Shown: positions 25,676 through 39,220 of the stretch, piece by piece | Layout: each line of letters begins with the position of its first letter | Numbering within the stretch: position 1 is the first letter of the stretch | Assembly (NCBI GenBank): GCA_964016885.1 | Contig: OZ024742.1 | Location: 180,234,001 to 180,298,000 of the forward strand | DNA: 64,000 bases | From: Eledone cirrhosa | Taxonomy: Eukaryota | Reading direction: 5' to 3' | The notes under the pieces: generated by a model | Databases searched by the model: none | What the model was told of the DNA's origin: nothing | What the model saw: only the letters and a program-made list of their open reading frames with translations | Program-made: the position numbers and the translations under genes

Positions 25676-26271
25676 TAGAGAGACAGAAAGATAGAAAGAA
25701 AGATATAGTGGTTGTGAGAGAGTAGATTGAAAAAGAAGCATTGAGAGAGAGAAGGAGACAGAAAAGGAAAATGTGAGAGGGAGAGAGAGAAAGAGAGAAA
25801 GAGAGAGAGAGAGAGAGAGATTGAGAGGGCTGGCTGTGTTGTTGAATGAAATTATAACAAGTGATTTCAAAGAATCAAATACAGCCTTACTGTATCTAGC
25901 TAAAATTTGGTGACTGAATATTAAGTCATATGTATCATATAACTTGTGTTAGGACAGGATGTGTATAGTGAATATTTCCTACTAAATAGGAAGGGTTTCT
26001 AAGTGTGTGTGTATATATATGTAGGTGTGTCTGTGACCAGTGTATATAGTTCGCAGACACACACATACACACACATATATAAATATATATACACACGCAC
26101 GCACATATATATATATATAATGTGTGTGTGTATATATATGTATACATATATATATATATATAATATATATATATGTATATATATATGTAAGTATGTATGT
26201 ATGTATACGTACATACATATATGTATACAGTCGTATGTATACATATACATACATGCACACGCATATATATA

Positions 26272-26464
26272 TGCAGGTATCGGTTTACCGAACATTTATT
26301 ATAATGCTAAAAAGCTTGAAACTAGTACATCGTTCCTGTGTCAGTGTTGAACAAAAAGGTGACGTGGTTGCCTAAACACTGTACGGCGTAATTCGGGCTG
26401 TTTGTTTGTTTACAAACGAACAAACCGAGCGTTATAATAAATGTTCGGTAAACCGATACGTGCA
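26272..26464. repeat. Element with 37-bp inverted ends next to (TA)n
   Basis: TGCAGGTATCGGTTTACCGAACATTTATTATAATGCT vs reverse complement at 26428-26464 (2 mismatches); internal hairpin. Confidence 0.8.
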
Positions 26465-26658
26465 AGTATGTGAGTGCCGTACTAAGAGTGAGAAATGAAA
26501 TTTCGTTTCATTCTATTCGATGTATATATATATATATAATAACTTAATAACTAGAAATTGATTAACATATATATAAACATAAATAATCACAGGAGATAAT
26601 TTTTACAAGCGTGTAACCCCACATAACAAGGTAGGTAACAAAATTCATCTTAATTTTG

Positions 26659-26717
<59 letters not shown>

Positions 26718-26820
26718 GTTTCTACGTTAGGCACAAGGCCAGCAATTATCCAGTGCATTACTGGTACTTTATTTTATCGACCCCGTAAGGATGAAAGGCA
26801 AAGTTAACCTTGGCGGGAAA

Positions 26821-27592
26821 TGACTGAATGGTCAAATCAGAGAAATGAGAAATGACATTGGAAAGCTTGAGTCCCTACTGAATGGGACACTAAAAAACAT
26901 AGACACTAAAAATAGACTGGAAATAAAGTACAAAACTAGGAGGAAAAGGCTAAATATTATCATAGAGGAACTGAAGCAACGCATTGTAGCAAAGAGTGCA
27001 AAAATTAGGCGATACGAGAGCAGAGTCAGTCAGTATAGACAGAACCGCATGTTTGACAACAACCAGAAGATGTTGTTTGGACAGCTTGAAGGGAAAGAAA
27101 GAAGCAACGACTTGATCCCTGAGGCGGAACAAACTAAGACATTCTGGAGAGGAATATGGGAGCAGGATGTTAAACATAATGACCAGGCAGTGTGGGTTGA
27201 GACAGTACAAAAGGAGATTAGTGAACAGGCACACCAACAAACTGATTTGAGTATCACAGTTGAAACTCTTAAGGGGGAGGCCAGAAAAATAACCAACTGG
27301 AAATCACCAGGCCCAGATGGTGTGCAGGATTATTGGATTAAAAATGTAACATCCTTCAACCCGAAACTGACAACCATGTTCAATGACTGCTTGATGTCAG
27401 GTGAGGTACCAGAGTGGTTGACAAAAGGTACCACAGTTCTGGTAATGAAAGGCCGAATCAAGGGTAATGATGTTACCAACTATAGACCTATCACATTTCT
27501 GTCCGTAATGTGGAAACTGTTCACAAGCATTGTGTCTGAGGAAATCTACCATCACCTCCACACAAACAACTTGTTACCGGACGAACAGAAAG
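26821..27592 (+). mobile_element. R4/Dong-clade LINE fragment (RT N-terminal part), cut off by (TA)n
   Basis: ORF 26845: NWKSPGPDG..YWIK, PEWLTKGTT, NYRPITFL..WKLFTSI, LLPDEQK. Confidence 0.9.
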
Positions 27593-27623
<31 letters not shown>

Positions 27624-28074
27624 GACAGGGGGGAAGAAAAAATGGCTTCACTTGTGCTTTCAACAAATTTATTTTCTTCACAAAATCCAAAAATAATTTT
27701 TCTTAAGAAAAATTATTTTATGAATTAAGTTGTTGGTTGTTGGTTAGGTCTTAGGAGTTCTTGGTTAACGTAGGAGGTATTGTTTCGTTTTTAGAAAGAC
27801 CTTTCACGCTGAGGTGCGCTTGTCAAACTGATGTGTATGTGGTGTGTTGTTCTATATATAGGGATTTAACATGTCTGTGGTGTGGTGGGGGTTTCTTTTC
27901 TCCCCCTTTAATAAGTGCATGGGTGTAGGTGTGTTGAAAAAGTGTTCATAGCAGTAATGAGTTGAGACGGTGAGTAGGGTTGGGTGGGGAGAAATGTAGC
28001 AAGTGCGGCCTGCCGCAGGGGAAAAAGCTTTTAGTATTTCTTTTGTGTTGAGAATATATATATATATATATATG

Positions 28075-28684
28075 GTGGCTGCCAACGTTTTCGAGTACGG
28101 CCACTACTTTATATCCATGTAGGAGAACCCCTACCGATGCGCTGAACGAGTGTGACTTTTTAGTCCAGCCAGCGACTTGAAAACTCTGGTACAAACACTA
28201 CACTTGTGACAATTATTGACACATAATGCTGGGCCCTTGGTACCATGTAACGACAAGTGCAGAGAGATCTCCAGATATAAAGCAATGCCTGTGCCGTGAA
28301 GCTTTTATAGTGAGCAAAGGCACTGCACAAAGCCAGTCCCACTCTCTTAACCAAGATGATATTTACCAAAAAGAAGAACAAGTCAACATCATTGGATACC
28401 ATCAGGGCTGCAGGTGTTATATCAGAGTTTTCCTTCTCCTAGAATTCTGCCTTGACAAAGGCTAAGGGGTCATCTCTCCCCGTGATTTTGGATGGCCATT
28501 GACTCTTAAGAGTTCCTTTGCCCTTTGACAGGTTTTGTTTTTAGTCCTGCAGGATGTCCAAAGTCACCCTCCTCACCAAGAAACCTTGGTGGGGTTGCCA
28601 GTTTAGTCGCCAACGACCTGACCATGGGACAGGTTGTACTGGGATACATGTTACCAGTAGCATTAATTGGTGACCTGACAGTAC
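28075..28684 (-). mobile_element. Bipartite non-autonomous RTE derivative (5' UTR fused to 3' end)
   Basis: RTE-type 5' UTR motif AGGAGAAGGAAAACTCTGA followed within ~250 bp by the terminal zinc finger HKCSVCTRVFKSLAGLKSHTRSAHR*; no EN/RT between. Confidence 0.75.
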
Positions 28685-28697
28685 ATACATACATACA

Positions 28698-28733
<36 letters not shown>

Positions 28734-29109
28734 TACATATATATGGAGGCACATAGCTTAGTGGTTAGAGTATTGAGCTTGCAATCGAAAGGTTGTGAGA
28801 TCAATTCTCAGACCGGGTCATGTGTTGTTTCCTTGAACAAGACACTTTATTTCACATTGCTCCAGTTTACTCAGCTCCACGGTCGTGGAGGTCCCACGGC
28901 AAAAAATCACCCAGCCCACACTGTAAAGTGGACGTGTAGGCGCCACGGAAAAAAAGCGCCCAGCACTCACTGTAAATGAGGTTGGCGTTAGGAAGGGTAT
29001 CCAGCTGTAGAAATCAAGCCAGAATCCGTTCCCGTCCCAATCTTGCAAGCAGGGAAAAGCGGACGTAAAATGATGATGATGATGATATATAATATATATG
29101 TATATATAT

Positions 29110-29300
29110 AGTAAGTAGCACAGAGGATACTGAGGTTAGCTGGACATGCTCACCGACATCCAGAGTTGACACTTTACTCAGTGCTCCTGTGGGAGCTCCT
29201 GCATGGACACACTGGAAGAGGAAGACCGAGGTTGACATATGTTGATGCCCTAAGGACAGACACTGGTCGCATGACATGGTAGCGATGACGAGGGGCAGAG
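29110..29300 (+). mobile_element. RTE LINE 3' fragment
   Basis: LAGHA..VLLWE..HGHTGRGRPRLTYVDAL. Confidence 0.7.
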
Positions 29301-29909
29301 ACTACTGGAGAGAACTCGCCCATGGATCTCGGGAATTTTACCCGCCCTAGATAGATATATATACATATATATGGGCCTCCCAATTTCATTTTACATTATA
29401 TACATGTCTGTGTATATTTTAATTATTTAAATATTATTTTTAAGTGAACATGATTATATATATATAAACACACACAGGCATACACATATATATAAACACA
29501 TACGCCTGCGAATGTTCCAGTTGATACTATCAACAGAACAGCCTACTCGTGAAATTAACGTGCAAGTGGCTGAGCATTCAACAGACACGCATACCCTTTA
29601 CATAGTTCTCAGTGGGACACAGTGTGTGATAAGTCTGGTTATTTGAATTACAGGTACAACTCATGTTTGCCAATTGAATGGACTGGAACAACGTGAAATA
29701 AAATTTCTTGTTCAAGGAAACACACCGCCGGGAATCGAACTCATGACATTACGATTGTGAGCCGAATACACTAATCACGCACTTTTACACACATAAATAT
29801 ATATATAAACACACACACACACATATATATATATAAAAACGCACACATGCACACACATATACAAGCACACAGGCATACACACATATAAACACACACACAC
29901 ACAAATATA

Positions 29910-32900
29910 TATTTGAACGAGAGAACTTCCGAAATCGATGGCTCGAATGTGGCAAATGTCATGTTTCTGTTTGCCTTCAATGTGCCACAAACTTTCGAAA
30001 GATCCCGGGTCAGAAAAAGAGACACCATACTTCTATGATGGATGGTCTCTGGGAAATGGTCCAGCTACCAAATTGATCCTTTCAGTGCCTGGCTTATGTG
30101 TCTGCCTCTACCATTTCTGTTGAATAACAACAAAAACCGACGATCGTGTCTTCCTCTACCATTGTTCCTGAACAGCAAAAACCATCGACCGTAGCTTCCG
30201 CTACTACCCCCGTTGAAGGACTTCATCAACAACAGCAACCCATGTCTTCCTTCCCCGTTACTTTTCAACAACAACCGACGACTGTGTCTTCCCCTACCAT
30301 GCCTGTTGAAGAAGAAGAACAACAACAAGGGAAATAGAAATAGAAGGAATCAAATCAAGCGTTCGTGTAGAACCTCACAATGAGGGATCTTACAGGAGTG
30401 CCTTGTTAAAAAATCTCCCTGTACCTCTTGCCGAATCTAGGCGCATTGAGAATCCTACTGAATCTGTAAACCACGAAGTGATTGCCATTGGTGTACTAGA
30501 AGACATAGTTAATCTTCAGACATTTGCTGCCAGTTCATCCAAAGACATGGGCTGTGCTCTCCGGAGGGGTGCTCTACGCCTTGGCCGACCAGTTCCGAAA
30601 CCCAAGCTAATTAGACTGTCTTTTTCAAACTCAACTGAGGCACGATCATATCTTTTGGCCTCTGATGAAGCTAGGCGTGAAAGTCGGATTGCCTTCTGAA
30701 CAAGCCCTGGTATTCTACCTGATGTCCGCCCAAAGCTGCGTGCTTCAGCTTCCTTAAACCGCAACTCCGCAGAACATGAAAGCTTCAGCCTACATGAGGA
30801 TGAGCAGTTATGGAAGTTTATTAAGGCTGGCGAAACACGGAAAAGAGATACCAGCTGGTCTGAAAACACTGTACCCACAACAACTGACAATAAAAAAACT
30901 GAAAAAATTCGGTGAAATTAAATGAGAACAACCTGCCATCCCCTGCACATAATGATAGAGTGGAATCAAGGTACAAATTGTTGTCCTTAAATGCACGTAG
31001 TCTATGCAATAAGATACATCTTTTTGACTCCTACGTCAAAAGTATCGACCATAACTTCATTACAGTCATGGAAACATGGGCACATTCCTTACTCTGTGCT
31101 GGGGTTTTCAGCATAACTGGCTACAACTTGTTTCGTAAAGACCGCATTAATCGTGGTGGTGGTGGTGTAATGGTCTACCTTCGGTCAAATTTTTCAGCAA
31201 TTCTTGATGTTGATTTGATCTAATCGCAGCAAGAAGTATTTTTCTGCGATATACGTATGACCATGTCAATTTGCTACTTAGAGTCGTTTACCATCAGGAA
31301 ACTCAACAGAGCTGCTGCCAGGAAAACAGTGACTTATGTTTTTATTACAGGTGACTTCAATCACCCTGAAATTTATTGGGAAACCTTTCGTTGGTTGCAA
31401 AATGCAAATGATTTCATTTATCTAGTGCTGGACTCGAACTGGTCTTCATCGCTACTCCTGAAACGGTTATTAGTGTTACTACTGAGGAACCTTTAGGTGA
31501 CCCTGATCATGCTATGATAATTGCCAATCTGTCCCTCATGAGCAGTAACAAAAACCACAACCATCTCCAAACTGCTCACTTTGACTGGAACTGTTACTGC
31601 ACCGAGCTGCAACGTTAAAACTGGCTTGAGTTTTACGACTCTGGAGATGTCAACACTACTCCAGAACATCCTGAACTCAATATGGACAGCATGTACAGCA
31701 TCGGTGCCACATAAGCAGAAAACCATCCCAAAAGTGCAATTTTGGAGACTGCAGCAGTCCGTCATGCTAGGAAAGAACGCCGTAAAGATGAACGTAAGTA
31801 CAAACTGTATAAATCAGATATCAATAGGAAAAAGCGAAATAAATCATCCAACCATATCAAGCAGGTCACAACATTTGAATTTGAGCAAAGCATAGCAACT
31901 AACCCTGGCAGTAAGGTGTTCTGGAAGTATATTCACTCAAAGCAGAGGCCTGACTTCACCAGTTGGTCCTCTTAGCAATCCCCACACAAGCCAAGTTACT
32001 GACGACCCCAAGGAATGCACAGAACTCATTGCTGAATGCTATGCAGGCATTTTCACTGTTGAAGACCAGAGTATACCATCTCCACCACCTCTCACATCGG
32101 ATTCTATTGCAACTATGGAATTTACACCTGCAATGCTGCGACGGCACCTTAAAAATAAACGCAGTCATGCCTCTCCTGGTCTTGATAGAGTTACGTACCT
32201 GCTTCTTAAACGTGGTGAGTACTTCCTTCTGCACCAGCTATCACGCTTCTTCCAATTCTGTATGAACAACGGTGCTACTCTGGAGTAGTGGAAAACTGCC
32301 AGTGTCATTCCTCTATTCAAAAAGGGTGACCGTACATCACCTGTGAACTATCGTCCAATCATTCTCAGTCGAACAGAGGTAGTCACGGTTCTAGGACAGC
32401 ATTCCTCACCGTATGAGATGTCACCTGGTGTACCACAGGGATCTGTTCGTGGCCCCCTTTTGTTTGTGGCATATATTAATGACATAGATGCCAACTTAAA
32501 GAATGCCACAGTACTGAAATATGCAGATGACATCAAGCTGTACCTTGAGATAAAAAGGACAGATCCTGAACACTATAGATCTTGCCTGCAATCTAACCTG
32601 GACAAAACGCAACAATGGATCACGGACTGGCAACTTAAGCTGGCTGTGGATAAGTGTACCACCATGCATTTTGGGAGTAAAAACCCCAGCATCCACATAC
32701 TCCCTCCACAACACTAATATCAAGAAGTCTTCTTGTGAATGCAACCTAGGCCTTACTGTCAGTAGTAATTTGCGTTGGACGAAGCACATCTCTAAAAGAA
32801 GGCAGAGGGTGTCTTAGCATCACTTAGCAAGACCTTTGTCAGCCGGTCTCCAGCTATCTATTTAAAGCTGTATATAGCTATGTTGCGGTCACACTTAGAA

Positions 32901-33486
32901 TTTGCATCACCAGTCTGGAACCCCTATCTTGCTCAGAACATTGACCTCCTGGAAACTGTTCAGGGACGTGCAACCAAGCAAATAAGCTCCATCAAGCATC
33001 TACCATAATCTGAACGCCTTGCTTCCCTGGGCATGGATACATTGAAACTCCAACGTCTGGCAACTGACTTGGTAAACACAAAATTATTACCCATCTTGCC
33101 AACAACAACCCTGAGTACCTTTTTGATTTCCATGTGACTAACACACGTGGTGGGCATGCCAACAAAGTCAGAAAATAACGCAGCTCCCATGACTTTCGGA
33201 AACATTTTTTCACGCTCAGATTTGCTGAAGCATGGAACAAACTACCTGCATCAGTTATTAACTGTCGAGACACTGTATCCTTTAAAACCTCCATGCTTCC
33301 TGAGATTCGTCAACACTACACCTAATATTCCCCCTCCATACATACGCACACATGTATATCATGACTCTTACACTATTCACTTCCCTGATCTTTTGTATAT
33401 TATTCTATGTACTATACATGAACCTTTGATGAGCTGTAGTGCACCTGAGCACTGTACATAATAATCATTATTATTATTATTATTAT
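29910..33486 (+). mobile_element. CR1-type LINE, long but frameshifted and internally deleted
   Basis: ORF1 remnants (WLECGKCH..CLQC; RLGRP..KPKLIRL); APE (LNARSL, METW, RKDR..GGGV, GDFNHP); RT (KKGD, NYRPI, GVPQGS..GPLLF, YADD); LEFASPVWNPY; (ATT)n tail; RT domains missing after NYRPI; ~57-bp tandem units at 30100-30330. Confidence 0.92.
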
Positions 33487-34559
33487 ATAAACACACACAC
33501 ACATATATATATACACACACAAACACAAATATATATAAACACACACGCTCACGTATATATAGAAATATACACACACGCACAAAATGTATATAAACGCACA
33601 CATATTTATATATACACACACACATATCTAAACTATAATAAAGTTAGGTCTGCGGGACTGCGTGCGGTTTATTTCTTTTAATCCAGTTAGTAAAATAAGT
33701 TGGATTACTTTGAATAAATAATTGTTTCTACTTTTGGCACAAGGCCATCAATCAAATCAGTGCATTACTGGTACTTTATTTTATAGATCCCGTAAGGATG
33801 AAAGGCAAAGTTAACCTCGGCGGAATTTGAATAAATAATGAATGAATATTACATAATTTATGTCCTAAATTTCGAAACTAAATTTCGTAAACTTAAATAA
33901 TTTAAAATTGACTTCTTTTCAAATTTTCATTCACATTTCTACACTTCCGATATATCGTCGCCACCACCACCACTTCAACTACCATATATATATAGAAAGA
34001 GAGAGTGTGTGATGAGAGAGATAGAGAGATTATGATTTTCTACACGCTGACGCGTATGAGCGTGCACATACATACATCTATATGTATGAATATATGACTA
34101 TTATGAGTATATAACTATAATCGCGCAAACACAAACTTATAAAAATACACACTCGCGGACATTCACCCAAATACACATACTTTCACACAAACATACATTC
34201 ACACATATACATTTACACAAACCTACAGTCATGATAGCAACGTCCGGTGAATTGGAAATGGGAGAGTAAAACAAGTATAATGTTTTATTATTCATTAACT
34301 CTTTATTTATTTATTAACTCTTTTATTTTAAAAATTCATTTAATATAATGGTTACAGAATGAAAACACTAACAAATATAATTGTTTCTACTTTTGGCCAG
34401 CAATTATGCCAGTGTATTACTGGTACTTTATTTTATTGACGGCTGAAAGGCAAAGTTAACCTCGACGGGATTTGAACTCAGACCGTAAAGGGACGTAAAT
34501 ATGCTGGAAATCATGACGTCCAACCCTCTACCGATACTGCCAATTCAATATAATATATA

Positions 34560-35125
34560 CAAAGGAAAGGGAAAGGAAAAAAAGAAAGAGAAAAATACAC
34601 AAACACGTAATACACACATTTTGGGCCACATAGAACAAAATGCAGACGAAAAATCAGAGCAAAGGATACCAATATAGCGAGGAGTACTGGGAAACCTCTC
34701 TAATAATCTTTGAGACAGGCCAGCACGCTCGCAGCGTTACCTGGGGTGATGGCGACGCTGAGGTATTGGAACAACCAAGTGCCCTCTCGAGCTTCACCAG
34801 TTACCTCTGTTTGGCGAGCCGTCAGTAGCCCGACTCCCCAAACGTCTCGAAAGCTATAGGCTGGATAATGTAGTTAGCAGACAGAACACGGTATTTTAGG
34901 ATTTTGTTCCGTTCAGCTGCGGATGCTGTAGCTCTCGCCTTACCGCTGCATCCAGAATGTGGGAAGAAGAAAAAGAGTCACTAACTGTGACGTCCCAGGT
35001 AAGGCACCTTCCTCTTGACCAGGAGCACAGGTAAGACCGTCAAGCCTTTTCCCATCAATTCATGACAACCAGATGGTTCCAAAACTGAGGGGATGTTTGC
35101 CCGGGCCAAAGCTCTTAAGTGGTAA
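34560..35125 (-). mobile_element. CRE-type non-LTR retrotransposon 3' fragment (restriction-like endonuclease)
   Basis: Minus frames: IPSVLEPSG..DGKRLDGLT..GRCLTWDVTVSD..AERNKILKY..PIAFETFG..WLFQYLSVAITPGNAASVL. Confidence 0.85.
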
Positions 35126-35299
35126 TAGGACAGTGTGTGTATGTGCACGCGCGTGAGTTTGTCAGCGTTCTTAAATTAGAGACACGTGTGTGTGTGTATG
35201 TGTGTGTGTCACTGTTTTCAAGTTAGACATATATGTGTGTATCACTTTCCTTCCTTTTACACACACATACATTCACACAAACACACATAAACATTGCGT

Positions 35300-35990
35300 G
35301 ATGGACGGGTGAACAGAAAACCCTCAAATTTATATACATGTGAATGGAGTACTTACTGAAGCAGTTAGAAAAGTTCAAGTATATTGGAGCCGTGTTCATG
35401 AGTGATGGAAGCAGGAGGCAGAATTAAGTGCAAGATTTGCAAAAGCTGATACAGTAATGTGCCTGCATTCAGCGATCAGATGAAAGGGGGGGGGGGGCGT
35501 AGGTGTAAAGGCCAAACTCGCTGTCTTCCTGGTATTCCTGCCAACTCTTACCGAGGATCATGAATCTTGAGTAATGACCAAAAGAATACAAGTGCAAATA
35601 AAAGTGGCAGAAATGGGGTTCCTCCGAAGGGTCTTTGGAGTAATGTTACTCGATAAAGTGCATAACTCAGAGACCAGAGAGTCACTTCTGGTAGAGCCGC
35701 TACTTCTCCGAATTGAGAGATCACAACTCCGACATTATGAGCATGGGTTTAGAATGTCTCAGTAAAGAATCGCTGAACACATTTTACAGGCAAAACCAAC
35801 CGGCACGAGACCCAGAGGTAGACCCCGAGCAAGATAGTTGGATAACATCGATGAGCTTGGCTGGTCACGCTTTGGGATCCAGCTGGATCAGTTAGGGATG
35901 TATGCTATTGACAGACTCGCTGGAAAGAGTGTTTGAGAAGGACTCTTCCCCCACGACCCTCTCAGAAATAAGTGGGTGATGAAGAAGATA
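35300..35990 (+). mobile_element. RTE-clade LINE 3' fragment
   Basis: EKFKYIG, AEMGFLRRV.GV.LLDKV.N, LLRIERSQLR, RPRGRPR. Confidence 0.88.
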
Positions 35991-36239
35991 TTGTTAATTT
36001 ACTTTTCAATTTACATATATCTATATGCATATATATTTGTGTATAATACCGATATGCACACTACATATGCTAACAGAAAACCGCCTGAAGGGAGGTTTTT
36101 CTGCTAGTACATATAAACACGCACACTCATATCTCATATACACAGCCACTTTATTGTGAAACCCAATATTAAAACATTTTTCTTCCCTCGTATATTATTT
36201 TGTCTCTCTCTCTCAAAATATCACCCCTCTCACTAAAAC

Positions 36240-37558
36240 ATTATACCTTTCTCCTCATCTCTATATATCAATACATGCCTCACTCTCTCTCACTAGACCA
36301 TCATTTTCTCTCTCTCACTAAACCACCAAAATCTCCCCCTCTCTACATCAGACCACATACCTCACTTTCTCACTCTCACAATTACCCCTCTCTCACTAAT
36401 CCACCAAACTCTCTGCCACGTCTATATGCTACTACATACCTCATTCTATCACAATTACCCCTCTCTCCCAAAACTAACAAATTCTCCCCCCTCACTATAT
36501 TCCACTACATACCACACTCTCTCTCACTCTCTATAAACTCTCTCCCCACTACATATCTCACTCTCTCTCTCACAATTCCCTCTCTCTCAATAGTCCACCA
36601 GATTCTCTACCCCTCTCCATATTCCACTACATACCCCTCTCTCACTAGTTCAATAAATTCTCTCCCCCTCTCTGTACCTCATTCTCTCTCACTAAACCCA
36701 CAAATTCTCTCCCGCTCACTATATCCCACTCCATGTCTCACTTACTCTCACAATTTCCCCTCTCTTATTAGAACATCAAATTCTTGACCCCTCCCTATAA
36801 CCTACTACATATCTCACTCTCTCTCTCACTAAACCAACACATTTTCTCCCCCCACACTATATTCCACTACATAATTCACTCATTCTCACTCTTACAATAA
36901 CCCCTCTTTCACCAGGCCAATAAACTCTCTTCCCCTCTCTATAACCCACTAAATATCTCACTTTCTCTCACAATTCCCCTCTCTCATTAGACTACTAAAT
37001 TCTCTCCCCCTCTCTATATTCCACTACATACCTCACTCTTTTTCACTCTCTTAATTCCCCCTCTCTCACTAGAGCAATAAATCCTCTCCACCTCTCTGTA
37101 TTGGACTACATACCTCATTCTCTCTCAATCTCATAATACCCTCTGTCTCACTAAGCCAACAAATTCTCTCTCCCTCACTTTATTTTACAACACACCTCTC
37201 TGTCTTTCTCACTCTTACAATACCCCGCTCTGACCAGGCTAATAAACTTTCTCCCCCTCTCTATAACCACTACATATCTCACAACCCTCCCCTCTCTCAC
37301 TAGAACACCGAATTCTCGCCCCCTCTCTATATCTCACTACGGCTCTCACTCTCTCTCACAATTCCCCTCTCTCACTAAACCAACAAACTCTCTCCTACTC
37401 ATTCTATACCACTACATACCTCTCTCACTCTTAAAATACCTCTCTCTCACTAGGCCATAATCTTCCTCCCCCTCTCTATAATCCACTATACACCTCACAC
37501 TCTTACAGTTCCCTCTCTCTCACTAGGCTAATAAACTCTCACCCCTCTCTATAACCCA
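36240..37558 (+). repeat. C/T-rich ~75-bp minisatellite
   Basis: Recurrent CCACTACATACCTCACTCT...CAATTCCCCTCTCTCACTA...AAATTCTCTCCCCC unit, roughly 17 diverged copies. Confidence 0.92.
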
Positions 37559-37612
37559 GTGAATATAGGTCACAAACACCCCCCATATATATGCATGTAT
37601 ACATACACACAG

Positions 37613-37681
<69 letters not shown>

Positions 37682-37933
37682 TGGGTCTTCCAATTTCATT
37701 TTGCATTATGTGTATATTTCAATTATTTAAAAATTATTTTTAAGTGAACATGATTTTTAAAAATATATTTTTAAGTGAACGTCACCCAACGGGTGACGGG
37801 TGGTCTAGTATAATATATGCACACGAATGCAAAACATAATTAAGATTAAATAATACATGCAAAAAGCTACATCTATAAAGTTCAATCACGTAATCAGAGA
37901 TTTGTAAAATAAATTAACAAAATCACGACTTAC

Positions 37934-38022
37934 CTGTGTGGATCATTCCTGAAAATGTGACCATTCTTCGATGCTGGCTGCTGTACCACTAGCTGATGCC
38001 CACTTGTGAACTATTGGTCAAA
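37934..38022 (-). other. Candidate host exon (5' UTR, possibly with start codon)
   Basis: TTTGTTGGTCTTTTAG acceptor and CAG|GTAAGT donor; AGAATGG context would start MVTFSGMIHT. Confidence 0.35.
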
Positions 38023-38432
38023 CTAAAAGACCAACAAAGGTTTTTAAAATATTATTGTCTCTAAACAAAGTTAAAATTTCTCCAAGCAATTCATATCAGA
38101 CAGTCAATGAAAACAGGTTGCATTTCTAGTTTCAATGTAAAATTACACACCCTTTACTTTTTTACAAAAAATACTACTTAGAGGCAAATATACAAAATTT
38201 ATTTAGATCTCAAAGCAAATAAATAAAAATTAAGATGGAATTAAATTAAAATCCAAGCCATATGCTTTCCACTTTAAACTGAAACCAACCCCACCATTTT
38301 GGGAAGGACTTTTCTAAAATACGCTAAACTTCTACTACCTTAATATAGATAAGTTAATTTAAAAGTTTTAAACTCTCCATTGTTTAAAACCATATATAGT
38401 CGGCTAACTGGGCTTCCTTTTTGTATTGTCAT

Positions 38433-38516
38433 CTGAGCGCCTGATGAGGGACCAGTTTTGAAGAAGCTCCACAACTATATTGTGGTGGCCATAACAGGAG
38501 CCCGAAATTCAGCATC
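38433..38516 (+). ncRNA. Degenerate hammerhead-like motif
   Basis: CTGATGA 38441-38447, GGG...CCC-closed long stem II, GAAA 38504-38507; stems I and III poor. Confidence 0.35.
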
Positions 38517-38559
38517 ATGCATACATGTTAAGTGAAGGAAGGTTTATGCTATACCATAC

Positions 38560-38602
<43 letters not shown>

Positions 38603-39066
38603 GTGTGTATTAATTACATGTAGGAACACATACTTTTATTATTATTCTCCCCAATGGTAGAGAAACGTTTGGTCGTTTGAGTGACTGCTATTTTTAACAG
38701 TACAGGATTGACCTGTCCAGCGTGCTTCGCCTTTGCACACAGTATCATGACAAAACTGCTTTATCATTCATTTGCTCTCATTCTGAGGCAGTTTCGAATG
38801 GCACCAGTTTGAAATTTTTGACTCGGGAATTTTATATTCTGCGAGAGAGAAATGCCTTCTGACGATAATCTCTTTCTCAATGAAAATCCGCCTGGATTAT
38901 CTATTCGTTTGGGATCTGAAACCGCGGTAAGGGCACATATAGGAAGTACAACGAATTTTTTAAAATTTATTTTGAAATTTTTTCTATATTTGCTTTCCCC
39001 TAATTTTATATATATATATATATTTTATATATATATATATATTTAACCTTCATATCATGTTCTCCT

Positions 39067-39135
39067 GTTTTATCTGATGAAAACACAAATATTATTGCAT
39101 GATGATGTTTGTTTTTGAAATGCGCATAATAAAAT
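39067..39135 (+). ncRNA. Minimal type I hammerhead ribozyme motif
   Basis: Stem I GTTTTAT/ATAAAAT; CTGATGA 39074-39080; stem II 15/16 pairs with GCAT loop; GAAA 39117-39120; palindromic stem III ATGCGCAT; predicted cleavage after 39128. Confidence 0.85.
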
Positions 39136-39166
39136 ACATGGAACTCCTTTAACCATCTTTTGATCT

Positions 39167-39218
<52 letters not shown>

Positions 39219-39220
<2 letters not shown>

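Larger units (their letters stand above)
33627..37808 (+). mobile_element. Candidate non-autonomous Helitron with nested insertions
   Basis: 5' A|TCTAAACTATAATAAAG; 3' hairpin CGTCACCC-AAC-GGGTGACG (37780-37798) then CTAG|T. The 3' end is strong; pairing it with this 5' end is inferred. Confidence 0.6.

Noticed and set aside
28590-28684. HDV-like ribozyme at the RTE 5' end (GG-TCG ttgg CGA-CTAA-ACTGG with upstream CCAGT)
   Set aside because: P2, P4 and J4/2 fit, but no convincing P1 or P3/L3 could be built.
36200-36787. 195-aa S/L/P-rich ORF
   Set aside because: Read-through of a C/T-rich minisatellite.
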